This document shows positions 30,051-40,727 of a stretch of DNA of 64,000 nucleotides, one piece after another; position 1 is the stretch's first letter; every line of letters starts with the position of its first letter. Below the pieces are notes generated by a model. The model had not been told where the DNA came from and searched no databases. It was given only the letters and a program-made list of their open reading frames with translations. The stretch comes from Candidatus Obscuribacteraceae bacterium (GTDB taxonomy: Bacteria; Cyanobacteriota; Vampirovibrionia; Obscuribacterales; Obscuribacteraceae): contig JBGAHS010000006.1 of the NCBI GenBank assembly GCA_044226015.1, positions 384,001 to 448,000 on the forward strand, read 5' to 3'. The translations under genes were made by a program, and so were the position numbers.

Positions 30051-31250
30051 ATGTCCTCCCAGCTATTGCTGCCTAAGAATCAGACACTAAGACAACAAAG
30101 AATGCCGCGTCTAATTTTTTCGGGCACAGCAGCAACGGCTTTATTCATCTTCGCCGCGATTTTTCTCGGACTTCCTTTCTGTTTGATAAGTAGATACTCC
30201 CAGGAAATACTGCTGCTATCCAATGATCCCCGGGATTTTTCCAGACGAATTGAAAGGTACCTCATATCTGACAATGATTCAGAAACTGTAATTTTAGGCT
30301 CATCAACCGGGATACTACCAAGCTTCCTCTGTGACCGTCCCTTTTGGTTCCGTAGCGGCAGAGGGTTAACTTCAATTGACGAAATCAGACATCGATTTAA
30401 CGACCTGGTGCCACGTTATTTTGTGGCTGAACTAAGAAAAGTGGGGTTCGCTTCCCCAAACGCAGTTAATCTTTCCATGCCAGCAGCCGACGTCACTGAT
30501 GAAAAGCTAGTTTTGAAAAAGTTAATTCGCTTTGCCAAACATCCCAAAACTATCGTTCTATGCATAAGTGTCCGTGATTTTGCTGTTTACCCTTGGATTG
30601 GAGGGAAGATAGAAGTCAGTCCGGTATTTTTGTCCGTCAACGACATTAACATCGCACATGAGGCTCTCGCTGGAAACCAGTTCATCCGATACCTATCAAT
30701 TAAGCTACGGGAAGACACTTTTGCTCACGCCTGGAATGCTAACAAGTTTTTATTCACGTCTTCTCTTGCAAAGCTGTCACTACCTGTGGTGCATTGGGCA
30801 AAACGAACTGGCATTCTTTCTAAAGATTTTCCTGAATACAAGGAACCATGCAACTTTGTCATAGCTGACATAAATCAAGTTATGAAAAACAGTCGACTCA
30901 CTGAGCAAGTTGAAACCGCTCCATTAACAAAGCTGCTTGCCCAATGGAGACCAGAATTTGAAAGCGAACAAGAGGAATCGCTTATTGAAATTGCCCGCAT
31001 ACTAAACCAACGCGGAATTAAGCTGGTAATCGCTGAAACGCCACTAAACCCGAAAGTGCAAACCCCGGAGACACTCCAGGCACTTTACCGACATGCAATA
31101 AAAAAGGCTGCAAACCTTTACGGAGCAAAGCTTTGCCCAACACCTGAGTTTAGAGAAGATGATTATCTAGATGCTTTCCACATGGACCGCTCAGGAGGAC
31201 AGAAATTTTTCCACAACCTGGCTGACTTTATGGCTAGAGAATGCCGCTAA
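30051..31250 (+). CDS. Membrane-anchored SGNH-fold protein (DUF1574/DltD-like)
   Basis: VILGSS and DAFHM motifs, N-terminal TM. Confidence 0.6.
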   Translation: MSSQLLLPKNQTLRQQRMPRLIFSGTAATALFIFAAIFLGLPFCLISRYSQEILLLSNDPRDFSRRIERYLISDNDSETVILGSSTGILPSFLCDRPFWFRSGRGLTSIDEIRHRFNDLVPRYFVAELRKVGFASPNAVNLSMPAADVTDEKLVLKKLIRFAKHPKTIVLCISVRDFAVYPWIGGKIEVSPVFLSVNDINIAHEALAGNQFIRYLSIKLREDTFAHAWNANKFLFTSSLAKLSLPVVHWAKRTGILSKDFPEYKEPCNFVIADINQVMKNSRLTEQVETAPLTKLLAQWRPEFESEQEESLIEIARILNQRGIKLVIAETPLNPKVQTPETLQALYRHAIKKAANLYGAKLCPTPEFREDDYLDAFHMDRSGGQKFFHNLADFMARECR

Positions 31251-31300
31251 AGGTTGTTTGACTGGTGTTTTCAGTCTTTGCATTCCAATAGCATTCGACG

Positions 31301-31951
31301 ATGATTAGGAGTTCTAAATTGAGTTCAAATGAATTACTCATAGTTGGAGCTGGCGGACATGCAAAAGTCGTATTCGACATCGTTAGACTTAATAAGTCTT
31401 TTACGTCCATCAGTTTTTTCGATGAGATGGCCCCAAAAGGAAAGGAATTGTTTGGGAAACCAGTACATAACTGCATAGACCAACTGGCGCCATCTTCGTT
31501 TATCGTGGCAATTGGCGATAACAAAACTCGCTTGCGTTTGTTTGAACAACTTGTTGAAAATGGATTTGCACCAATTACGGTACTACATCCATCAGCGATT
31601 ATTTCACAACTTGCGAGTATGGGAAATGGAACATATGTTGGTCCACTAGCAATAGTGAACGCTGATGCACAGATCGGAGACAACTGCATTATAAATAGTG
31701 GTGCCATTGTCGAGCACGACTGCCATGTGGAATCTCACGCACACATTTCGGTAGGTGCCCACCTGGGTGGAAAAACCGAGATTCATGAAGGCAGTCTCTT
31801 CGGCATATCAGCAAGCTCACTTCCATGTACAAAAATCGGAAAGTGGAGTGTTGTTGGTGCTGGGGCGCTAGTAACTCGCGATGTAGCCGCCTATTCAACA
31901 GTAGTGGGAGTTCCAGCCAATCCACTCGGAGAGAAAATCATCGGCTGTTGA
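31301..31951 (+). CDS. Sugar acetyltransferase, NeuD/PglD/VioB hexapeptide family
   Basis: GAGGHAKVV, VAIGDN, IVEHDC, VGVPA. Confidence 0.92.
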   Translation: MIRSSKLSSNELLIVGAGGHAKVVFDIVRLNKSFTSISFFDEMAPKGKELFGKPVHNCIDQLAPSSFIVAIGDNKTRLRLFEQLVENGFAPITVLHPSAIISQLASMGNGTYVGPLAIVNADAQIGDNCIINSGAIVEHDCHVESHAHISVGAHLGGKTEIHEGSLFGISASSLPCTKIGKWSVVGAGALVTRDVAAYSTVVGVPANPLGEKIIGC

Positions 31952-32781
31952 ATTAATTTCGTATTTAACTCATTTGTTTGAGTTTTTTCCGGTAAAGGTC
32001 TCAAGACGCCCAGTCTCGCATCCTGCTGAACGCGTAAAATCGCCCGCTCCAATGCAGCCTTTTCACCAGTTTCTGGACTATGGCTCATTGAGACAGCCCG
32101 GATTCTGTAGTTCGCTAGAGTTTTTTTTATGTATCCTATTCTTGCCAAGCGACTGAGATTTAGATGCCCCGGATAGTCTCCCATCCGATAATCTCGCGAT
32201 TTGAAAATATCAAATGTGTAACAGCGATCCCAAAGATTCTTGCGCACCATTAATGTTGCGCTACAAATGTAATTTCTGGCAATTAAGAGGTCAAAAATCC
32301 ACCCTTGAGGAATTTCTATAAATCGGAAATTAGCCTGCCAAAAGTGGTCCTCTACTCTGTAAATGTTTTCGTAAACTCCAGAGAATTCGGAATGAACAGC
32401 TCCAAATGAAGGGTCATTCATTAGGAAATTCACATTCTCTTCAATTTTTGCAGGAAACAAATAATCATCAGCATCCAGATATGAAGCGAATTCACCAGTC
32501 ATGTGCTTGAACGCACCATTCATACTCAGGAGTGTGCCAAGATTTCGCTCATTCCTGAGCATCTTAACTTTAGGAAACCTATCCTTCAAAATCGGTTCAA
32601 AGTCGCAAGCAATTTCCCAAGAATCATCAGAACTGCAGTCATCAACGAAGACTAGTTCAATATTTTCATAGGTTTGAGAAAGGAGGGAATTAAAGGCTGA
32701 GTGCAGATATGGAGCTGAGTTAAAGGATGGAACGCAGACAGACACCAGAGGGGAAATTTTACTCATGACACTCAACGGCAA
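31891..32781 (-). CDS. Glycosyltransferase family 2
   Basis: VSVCVPSFN, VDDCSSD, YLDADD. Confidence 0.92.
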   Translation of the reverse strand: MPLSVMSKISPLVSVCVPSFNSAPYLHSAFNSLLSQTYENIELVFVDDCSSDDSWEIACDFEPILKDRFPKVKMLRNERNLGTLLSMNGAFKHMTGEFASYLDADDYLFPAKIEENVNFLMNDPSFGAVHSEFSGVYENIYRVEDHFWQANFRFIEIPQGWIFDLLIARNYICSATLMVRKNLWDRCYTFDIFKSRDYRMGDYPGHLNLSRLARIGYIKKTLANYRIRAVSMSHSPETGEKAALERAILRVQQDARLGVLRPLPEKTQTNELNTKLIQQPMIFSPSGLAGTPTTVE

Positions 32782-32842
32782 GAATGCTAAAACACCATAT
32801 TAAGACACAATTATAAGGTAAGCAGCTCACAGAGCGAAAGAA

Positions 32843-35464
32843 ATGATTCTAAGCGACTCTAATTTTTCCTCTAAAACCTTCGACAAGCATCCGCCAGTAT
32901 CGATCTGTATGCCCATGGTAAAGGCAGATTCACGAATCGACGAAACGATTACATCTCTTACAAATCAAACCTATAAGAACTTCGATCTAATAATCTGCGG
33001 ACGGGTCGATACGCTGAATTACGCCCAATTGAATGCGCTACGGCAGAAGTTGAAATTAACAATTGTGCCACAGGCATCAGCAAATGAAACGAGTATTCAC
33101 AACACCCTACTTTCCTTATCGTCCGGTAAGTACGTAAAGTTCATATTGCCAGAAAGCATCTTGGACGCTAATTGCATTGAAATGTACGTGCAAACTTTTG
33201 AACGATATGAAACACTAGCAATGGTGACAGCCCCAGTTCGTTGCTTGTACGATGACAGCAAGAAAACATCCAAGGTTCTTTCTCCAGAATTTATCGGCTA
33301 TCGTTCAGGCAAGTCGGTGGTAGAGAAAGCGCTTCACACGCTCGATAGCCCAGTAGGAAATCTAAGCAACGTGATGTTTCGCAAAGATTTTGCTCAAGAA
33401 GGGTTCAACGGAAAATTCGACAGCCTGGCAGATATGGAACTGTGGCTCAAAGTTCTTGCATACGGTGATTGCGTTTCCCTTTCTCGCCCGCTTCTTTATG
33501 CACCATTCTTCGAACCACTTGCCAAAAGAAATACCAGACTCGAGTCGTTACAGGAAATATATGACTGTATTCTTTTGCAGGAAGCCCAGATCAACAAACT
33601 GGTGGAGAAAGGCATAACTGGCTTTGAGGCATATAACAAAGCGTTTAACAGCGTAGAAGATCGCTTCGTCCAGATTTGCCACTCACGGGCTCTTACAAAA
33701 GAAGGTTCTGCTTATGCCGCCCGCAAGCTTGCAGAGACGCTGGATCGGGACAGTTTGATTGAACTTGTGGTCAAATTCAATGAGCTGACTTATTCGAGTA
33801 TGGAACGCATAGTTTCTTTGCGGCGGCAACATGAACCAAAAGCTCTCGACAGAACAGAAGATAGCCCAGAGAAAGATGAAGCTTTAGCACAACTTTCCCA
33901 CTACAGAGATGAACTCAGAAAAGAGTACAGAGCTCTAGGAAATTCGATTTCATGGCGAGTAACTGAACCCTTAAGACTTGCCAATTCGGCTTTAGTAAGT
34001 GCGGAGGCTTCAAGCACCAGGCGGCGAATGCTGCCACTCATAACTGAAATAGCAAAACAAACAGCAAAAAGAAGACGGACAATTTTCCGAACCGCTAGTA
34101 AAACACAAGCCCCATTGCCAGCTCTGCGCCACGAGGTCGAAGAGCTGGAGCGCGAAATCTCATCCATACGTGAATCGAGATCATGGAAGGTCAGTAAATT
34201 CCTTCGGCAACTCCGCTCGAAGCATGAGAGAAAAACTATTCGCCCAGCTTCGCTCAATTCAATTCTTGAAAGCATTGACAAACATGATATAGATGCAGAT
34301 TTGTTAGTTTTTGATGATACATTCCCAAATAAGCTATCAGCCTTTCGTTATGCCGAATACTCTGAGTATTTAAAATCAATTCCGAACTGCCACGTTATTC
34401 GCGTCGGTGAAACTCCGGTGTTCTATGGTGCAAACAAAGAATACAAAGATGTTCTTGAGGAATACTACACCCTACACCCGTCGCACTCAAAACGAATTCA
34501 CGAATTCACCAGTGCAGCGAATATAAGTGCCAAACTTGCATATTGTGTTTTCCTTTCCCTGGCACACGATTATCTGCCACATTTCGAAAACCTGAATTTG
34601 CCTTTTGTTTTCACTCTCTACCCGGGCGGTTGTTTCGAAATGAATCAACCAAATTCCGACGCGATGCTAAAACGCGTAATGTCTTCACCACTTTTCCAAA
34701 AGGTAATTGTCAGCCAGCGCATAGTGAAAAATTATCTCCTTGCAAATAAGTTCTGCAAGGAAAATCAAATTGAGGAGATCATTGGCTGCGTAACACTAGA
34801 TAATTCGGGTTTGAGTGGCTACGAGAAACAGTATTTTGGTATAGACAAGAGCACAAAAGATATCTGTTTCGTGGCGCACAAATACCATGCGCAAGGTCAC
34901 GATAAAGGATACGACGTGTTTATAGATTTAGCTAAGGAACTGTCAAAGCGCAGAGACGACGTCTACTTCCACGTCGTTGGAGGCTTCGAAGCAAAAGATA
35001 TAGACATTTGTGGAATCGAAGATCGCATTCGGTTCTATGGGGCACTTGAACACGAAGAATTGCAGTCTTTCTACTTAGCGATGGACGCCATTGTGTCTCC
35101 CAACATACATGGAAAGGTATCACCTGGTCGCTTTGACGGCTTCCCAACAGGTTGCTGCATGGAAGCAGGATTGCTTGGAGTTGTTCCGTTCTGCACAGAC
35201 TTTTTGAATCAAAATGTACTTCTGGACGAAGGAAAAGATTTCATTTCGATAGATCGAAATCCATCCTCAATAGCGAATAGCATTGAACCATTTCTCAACG
35301 ACATGGAGCGTCTTTACGACTGTTCAAAACACGTAAGACAAACATTCAGCCGCGTCTATGGTTACGATGCTCAGCTTGAGCCGAGAATCAAAGTAATAAC
35401 TGATGTATTGGACGGACAAAAGAAGGACCCAAAGCAGAACAGGCAGCCATCAAAAGTTCGATGA
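32843..35464 (+). CDS. Multidomain glycosyltransferase (GT2-like, coiled coil, GT4-like)
   Basis: N-terminal GT-A (DMELWLK), two SxSW(R/K)V..LR motifs, C-terminal GT-B (DKGYD, DGFPTGCCMEA). Confidence 0.85.
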   Translation: MILSDSNFSSKTFDKHPPVSICMPMVKADSRIDETITSLTNQTYKNFDLIICGRVDTLNYAQLNALRQKLKLTIVPQASANETSIHNTLLSLSSGKYVKFILPESILDANCIEMYVQTFERYETLAMVTAPVRCLYDDSKKTSKVLSPEFIGYRSGKSVVEKALHTLDSPVGNLSNVMFRKDFAQEGFNGKFDSLADMELWLKVLAYGDCVSLSRPLLYAPFFEPLAKRNTRLESLQEIYDCILLQEAQINKLVEKGITGFEAYNKAFNSVEDRFVQICHSRALTKEGSAYAARKLAETLDRDSLIELVVKFNELTYSSMERIVSLRRQHEPKALDRTEDSPEKDEALAQLSHYRDELRKEYRALGNSISWRVTEPLRLANSALVSAEASSTRRRMLPLITEIAKQTAKRRRTIFRTASKTQAPLPALRHEVEELEREISSIRESRSWKVSKFLRQLRSKHERKTIRPASLNSILESIDKHDIDADLLVFDDTFPNKLSAFRYAEYSEYLKSIPNCHVIRVGETPVFYGANKEYKDVLEEYYTLHPSHSKRIHEFTSAANISAKLAYCVFLSLAHDYLPHFENLNLPFVFTLYPGGCFEMNQPNSDAMLKRVMSSPLFQKVIVSQRIVKNYLLANKFCKENQIEEIIGCVTLDNSGLSGYEKQYFGIDKSTKDICFVAHKYHAQGHDKGYDVFIDLAKELSKRRDDVYFHVVGGFEAKDIDICGIEDRIRFYGALEHEELQSFYLAMDAIVSPNIHGKVSPGRFDGFPTGCCMEAGLLGVVPFCTDFLNQNVLLDEGKDFISIDRNPSSIANSIEPFLNDMERLYDCSKHVRQTFSRVYGYDAQLEPRIKVITDVLDGQKKDPKQNRQPSKVR

Positions 35465-36618
35465 ACGAATCAGAGTGTTTATCATACACAAGCGAGTCCC
35501 GCATCATGTCAAATGAAAGCAACAATTGCCATGCTCCCCTGTTTGTTGTCGGAAAGCCGTCGGTATTGAATCGTGAGCGTTTCTTAGAACGTGTTGCAGG
35601 AATACTAGATAGTGTTTGCCACACCAATGACGGACCACTTGTTCAAGAACTCGAAGCATTTGCATCACATAAATTTGAAGTTGAGCACTGCGTCGCAGTG
35701 GCAAACGCAACCTTAGGTCTTGAACTGTTAATGCAAGCTTTGGATCTGCCACCAAACAGTAAAGTTATTGTGCCGTCTTTTACGTTCGTTGCATCAGTAC
35801 ATGCTATCGTTCGTTGTAATTTGCAGCCGGTATTTTGCGACATTGATAAACGAGGTCTGATTGATTGTGATAAAGTAGAGCAATTAATTGACAGCAACAC
35901 AAGCGCCATTCTAGCTGTAAATCTCTTTGGATTTTCCTGCGACATTACTCAACTCACAGCGATTGCAGACAAGCACAAACTGAAGCTCATGTTTGACTCC
36001 GCACACGGAGTAGGAGTCAAACACAGTGGAAGTCCATTGGGTGCAAACGGCATTGCTGAGGTGTTTTCGCTTCATGCCACTAAAATAGTTTCGGGCTTTG
36101 AAGGCGGGCTAATAACAAGCATGTCAGATGAACTCGCGAAAAAGCTGAGACTAGCTCGAAATTTTGGCTTTGCTGGCTACGACAGAGTAATCAGTGTTGG
36201 TACCAATGCGAAACTCTCAGAGATTCATGCGGCAATGGCTCTAAGTAACTTTGAGCATTTGGATGATGCCATTTCGCACAATCAATCACTCTTCGCTGCA
36301 TATCAAAATAAGCTGAGAAGCGCATCGCACTTGTTGACGCCCAATGAAAATGAAAGTTCAAACTATCAGTACGTTGGACTACGATGTCCAGCCGAAACAC
36401 GAGACCGTGTTCTGTCGCATTTAATCAAGAATCGAGTGTTTGCTAGACGTTATTTCTATCCAGGCGTTCATGCGATGAAACCTTACTCCAATATCAGATA
36501 CAACTTACCAGTCACCGAGAGACTATCAGCAGAAATATTATGTCTTCCAACTGGACCTTCTGTTAAGGTAGAGGATGTTGAATTCATCTCCGACATCGTC
36601 AATTCCTGCAGCGCTTAG
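35461..36618 (+). CDS. DegT/DnrJ/EryC1/StrS sugar aminotransferase (VioA/DesI-like)
   Basis: VANATLGL, PSFTFVAS, FDSAH, SLHATK (PLP Lys), GTNAKLSE, RRYFYP. Confidence 0.93.
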   Translation: MNESECLSYTSESRIMSNESNNCHAPLFVVGKPSVLNRERFLERVAGILDSVCHTNDGPLVQELEAFASHKFEVEHCVAVANATLGLELLMQALDLPPNSKVIVPSFTFVASVHAIVRCNLQPVFCDIDKRGLIDCDKVEQLIDSNTSAILAVNLFGFSCDITQLTAIADKHKLKLMFDSAHGVGVKHSGSPLGANGIAEVFSLHATKIVSGFEGGLITSMSDELAKKLRLARNFGFAGYDRVISVGTNAKLSEIHAAMALSNFEHLDDAISHNQSLFAAYQNKLRSASHLLTPNENESSNYQYVGLRCPAETRDRVLSHLIKNRVFARRYFYPGVHAMKPYSNIRYNLPVTERLSAEILCLPTGPSVKVEDVEFISDIVNSCSA

Positions 36619-36644
36619 AAGTATCCCAGAATTCAGCCCCCTTA

Positions 36645-37736
36645 CTAGTTCGTCACAACTTTCCTTTTGGGTGTCATGGAAATTGTCTTTGTAGCAGAAG
36701 GGTTAGCTGTTGTATCGAGCGAATCAGACACGAGGGCTCGCATACCTGTATAAGTTGCTGCAGAAAGCAATGCGACAGCGGGAAGCGTAACTATCCACGC
36801 GGTCGCTATCACAGCGAGCATCTTCCCATTCAGCTTTCCCGCACCATACTTCGATATGGTTCCACCAGCAACAGCAGATGTAAGAGTGTGAGTAGTGCTT
36901 ATTGGTGCTCCGAAGAATGAGGCAAGAGAGATTATCAACGCAGTGCTGCTCTCAGCACCAAAACCATGCGAATAGCAGAGCTTCTCTTTGCTCAATTTCT
37001 CACCGACTGTTTTAATTACACGACCGCCACCGATTGTCGTGCCTATTCCCATAGCTAATGCTGCGGCAATGACGACCCATAGTGGAACCTTATTCAAGTT
37101 GTATCCCGCTGCTGGAAATGCTATGGCAAGAATTAGAGTAATTATCCCCATAGTTTTCTGTCCATCATTGCCACCATGACTGAAGCTTACGCAGGCAGAT
37201 GAGAAGATTTGCGCGCATCGCAGAAGAAGCGGATTTGTATCATCACCTTTTTCATTTGACACTCTTGAAGCTATCCAGGTGAGAAGCGCACCACCAAGAA
37301 AACCGGCTAATGGGGAAAGCAAAAGAGCTAACATAACTTTATTTAGTTCTGTCCATGCTACTCCATTCATTCCGGCAGCAGCGATACCTGCACCGAAGAG
37401 ACTGCCAATCAAACAATGCGACGAACTAACAGGCAGCCCGAAATACCAGGTGACCAGGTTCCATATAATGCCAGCAATGAGTACTGACAAAACAACCAGA
37501 AGAGACAGGCTATCTTGAGGGATTATGTGAGTGATTACCTTAGCAACCGCAGTGCCAACCAGCACAGCTCCGGCGAAATTAAACAGTCCACTCAAAATAA
37601 TTGCGACACGTGGAGGTAGGGCCTTTGAATATATGACTGTAGCGACTGCATTCGCGGTGTCATGAAATCCATTAACAAAATCAAAACCTAAAGCAAGAAC
37701 AATGCCGAATATGGCAACTATTTCTGCGACTGACAT
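36645..37736 (-). CDS. pit: Inorganic phosphate transporter (PiT family)
   Basis: NGFHDTANAVAT, GLPVSSSH, HGGNDGQKTMG, PISTTH. Confidence 0.93.
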   Translation of the reverse strand: MSVAEIVAIFGIVLALGFDFVNGFHDTANAVATVIYSKALPPRVAIILSGLFNFAGAVLVGTAVAKVITHIIPQDSLSLLVVLSVLIAGIIWNLVTWYFGLPVSSSHCLIGSLFGAGIAAAGMNGVAWTELNKVMLALLLSPLAGFLGGALLTWIASRVSNEKGDDTNPLLLRCAQIFSSACVSFSHGGNDGQKTMGIITLILAIAFPAAGYNLNKVPLWVVIAAALAMGIGTTIGGGRVIKTVGEKLSKEKLCYSHGFGAESSTALIISLASFFGAPISTTHTLTSAVAGGTISKYGAGKLNGKMLAVIATAWIVTLPAVALLSAATYTGMRALVSDSLDTTANPSATKTISMTPKRKVVTN

Positions 37737-37756
37737 AAAAATACCTTTTGCTCCTT

Positions 37757-38245
37757 TTACATTATGTGCTTATCTGGACTTGCTGCCAACTGCGGTGCAG
37801 TTGGTAATGACTGCAGTTCTTTCAACTGCTGATTTAAGATCTCCTCTTTGCTTAGACCTTTTTTGTGCAACATCTTGTATTCGTCACCGAGCCGCACACG
37901 AGCCGTTTCCAGCGCGGCGAGGGCGTTACCTGCACCATAGGCTAAAGCTGTTCCACCTTGAACTTCGAAACGATGGTAGGCATCACGCGTGTACTTGAAA
38001 GCGCCAACGGTTCCACCAATGCCATTGGCGATTTTGCTTCCGCCTGCTACTGATGAAACTGCCATGTTCTCAATGAAACGCTTTCTTGCGGCGTTTTGCT
38101 CGTCTGCAAGCATTGTGTTTCGTTTTTGTAGTATTTTTGCAGAGGCTTTCAATGCCTCTTTCCTGAGCACCACCCCATGTAGTTCGAGTGTCTCTGTTCG
38201 TGAAAGGTCTTTTGACCGGCGTTTTTGCCTTCCGAAGAGAATCAT
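37757..38245 (-). CDS. Hypothetical protein resembling the C-terminal part of 44562-45932; possible gene fragment
   Basis: Similar spacing of NGIGGTVGAFKY / QGILGTRAYYHY and the terminal helix. Confidence 0.45.
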   Translation of the reverse strand: MILFGRQKRRSKDLSRTETLELHGVVLRKEALKASAKILQKRNTMLADEQNAARKRFIENMAVSSVAGGSKIANGIGGTVGAFKYTRDAYHRFEVQGGTALAYGAGNALAALETARVRLGDEYKMLHKKGLSKEEILNQQLKELQSLPTAPQLAASPDKHIM

Positions 38246-38477
38246 GTCAAAGCAGGGTTAACAAAGGGTGAAGGAAAAAAGAAATCTGCATCGCTTTGGT
38301 TCTCGGAACAAATGCACGACGATCTGATAAAAATCGGAGATCCTCATCCTATAAAGGGCATAAATTGTATTGGCAAAACTACGCGATAGTGAAAACACTT
38401 GCTCCTCTCTTCTATTTTGCGTGCCAGCCAATGTTCAAGTAATTTGTCGCAGAGTTTCAACCTGAGCGAATAACCTA

Positions 38478-40601
38478 ATGAATAAAAATAGAAAGTACAA
38501 AAAGACTGAGGCTACATCATTGCTGTGCCTCCTTTTCCTATCTCATACCGTTCCAACAGGCGCAGCAGACCTCGCTGGCGCAAAACTAAAGTTGCAACAC
38601 GGAGACATGCAAGCAGTAAAGAAAATGGACAAAGAAATTGCTTCAATGAGCAAACTTGAAAAAGAAGAACTAATAAAAGAACTGACAACACTTCTGAAGT
38701 CTGCAGACTGGCAAAAGCAAGAGAAGGCAGCACACATGGCAGGTGCCCTTGGACCTGATGCGCTACCGCTTCTACCTCTGCTAATTTCAGCCATGAATTC
38801 TGGAATGGAGAACGTAGCATGGGAAGCAGCTCCAGCGATTGGAAAAATAGGAAAAGCAGCCGTACCCACGTTGGTAGCAGACCTGAAGAAAGAAGACTTA
38901 AAATCACGCCGCGCCCGACACCTGATAGCGGCAATAGGTGAATTAGGTTCCAGCGGAAGCGCCGCAGTATCAACATTAGCTCCATTCCTTGCTGACGGCG
39001 CAAATACTGGTGCTGTGGACGCACTCAAGAAAATGGGTGTTTCTTGCATTGAGCCGCTTGCAGCCTCTCTCGAAACAGCGAAAGATAGTAGGGTTTGGGT
39101 CTATTCTTGTGAGATATTCTCAACCTCTCCTGAACAATCGTCGACGGCTCTTGCCTCATTGTTGAAGAGCAAAGAAGCTGCGCGATTAGAGCCCGCAACC
39201 TATATTCTGTCAAAGATAGCATCTAGCGCTTACTCTTCTTGCATACCCGGTCTTATTACAGCAATGTTGCTGAACAAAGCAAACATTTCAGATAGAGCAC
39301 AAGAAGCACTAATAAGAATTGGACCAGCAGCCAGTACTGCTTTGCGAAAGCACGCACTAGACGATGATATTGAAGTACAAAAACGAGTTGCTTCTGTTTT
39401 GCAAACAATAGGTAAGTCCTCGAAGACAGACATTGCAGCGATGGAAAAGGGACTGAGCAATAAAAATGCTGAGTCGGCCGCACTAACGGCGAGCACCATT
39501 TTGAAAAATGATCGCAACAACAAAGCTGCTCAAGATACACTAAACAACTTGCTAAAATCCAAAGACGAGCGCACCCGCAGCATAGCGTGTCAAGCTTGTT
39601 CAAAAGTAGGTCCTAATGCTGTTGGCACAGTAACCATCCTAATTGGGCTTTTGAAGGATCCTAATCCGCAGGTACGAATGGATGCTGCCACCGCAATCGG
39701 TGCTATCGGTGCAGGGGCTGCAAGCGCAACACCAGCATTGATCATTGCCTGCACAAGTACTCACCCTGTTGTTGTACAGGGACACGAAGCAATTGGAATG
39801 GACCCAAGCATTCAGCAAGCTGCCATAACTTCTCTTGGGCAGATTGGGCCAAAGGCAGCCGCAGCTGTACCCACGCTCACAAATATGCTAGCGCAGAAAG
39901 AGAACTCGTACAGAGGCGAATACATACTTAAGTCTCTTCAAGGCATGAAAAATTCGGCTGCACCAGCGATTCCTACTCTGATGCAAGCATGGCAAAACAA
40001 TTCCTACTCCAGGTTACTTTTGCTGGATACATTCAAATCTATCGGCACTGCGTCAACAAAAGCAATTCCCCTTTTGCAAAAGTCCCTAGATTCACCAAAG
40101 GAGACTTATCGCAAGGATATCTTCGAGACCATTCTAGTCCTGGAACCAGACACCGAAAAGAAACGCAGCTTCATCAGGAAGTACATGAGTAGCACTGACT
40201 ACGAACTGAGTCACGCCGCGAGTAGCGCTTATGCAAGCTTACCTGCAAGCAAGAGCGCAGCTTCAGACTTGCCGGCGCTCTTAGCCGGGTTAAGCTCTAG
40301 CCAGTATGATGTAAAACTGAATTCCATCAAAGCGCTAGGCAAGGTGGGACCGGCCGCCCACGCAGCACTACCGAAACTTATAAAAGATAACATAGGATGT
40401 TCATTCAGCCAGAACGAAAAAACTCTTGCTTTTGAGGCAATAAAACAAATCGACCCATCAGGAGATGAAGTCGTTCCCTTGCTAACTAAAGCGTTGGAAG
40501 ATCCGTTTCAAGTAAGAGGTGCTTGTGAATTACTCGATTTCATAGGCAGTGCGAAAACGAAACCAATAGCGGCTGCAACAAAGGCTAAGTGGAAGCTTTA
40601 G
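38478..40601 (+). CDS. Exported HEAT-repeat (PBS-lyase-like) protein
   Basis: Signal-like N-terminus; repeats ALG.IGP.A..AVP.L. Confidence 0.88.
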   Translation: MNKNRKYKKTEATSLLCLLFLSHTVPTGAADLAGAKLKLQHGDMQAVKKMDKEIASMSKLEKEELIKELTTLLKSADWQKQEKAAHMAGALGPDALPLLPLLISAMNSGMENVAWEAAPAIGKIGKAAVPTLVADLKKEDLKSRRARHLIAAIGELGSSGSAAVSTLAPFLADGANTGAVDALKKMGVSCIEPLAASLETAKDSRVWVYSCEIFSTSPEQSSTALASLLKSKEAARLEPATYILSKIASSAYSSCIPGLITAMLLNKANISDRAQEALIRIGPAASTALRKHALDDDIEVQKRVASVLQTIGKSSKTDIAAMEKGLSNKNAESAALTASTILKNDRNNKAAQDTLNNLLKSKDERTRSIACQACSKVGPNAVGTVTILIGLLKDPNPQVRMDAATAIGAIGAGAASATPALIIACTSTHPVVVQGHEAIGMDPSIQQAAITSLGQIGPKAAAAVPTLTNMLAQKENSYRGEYILKSLQGMKNSAAPAIPTLMQAWQNNSYSRLLLLDTFKSIGTASTKAIPLLQKSLDSPKETYRKDIFETILVLEPDTEKKRSFIRKYMSSTDYELSHAASSAYASLPASKSAASDLPALLAGLSSSQYDVKLNSIKALGKVGPAAHAALPKLIKDNIGCSFSQNEKTLAFEAIKQIDPSGDEVVPLLTKALEDPFQVRGACELLDFIGSAKTKPIAAATKAKWKL

Positions 40602-40727
40602 TGCTTTAGGCGAATTGTTCGTATAATATAAAATGGTACAGACAGCAAGAATGGAACAGTCCGGTAAAGTCCGCCAAGTACTTTTTGCTCAGCTTCTAGC
40701 AGCTGCTGAATCCCGAGAACTCGCCTT

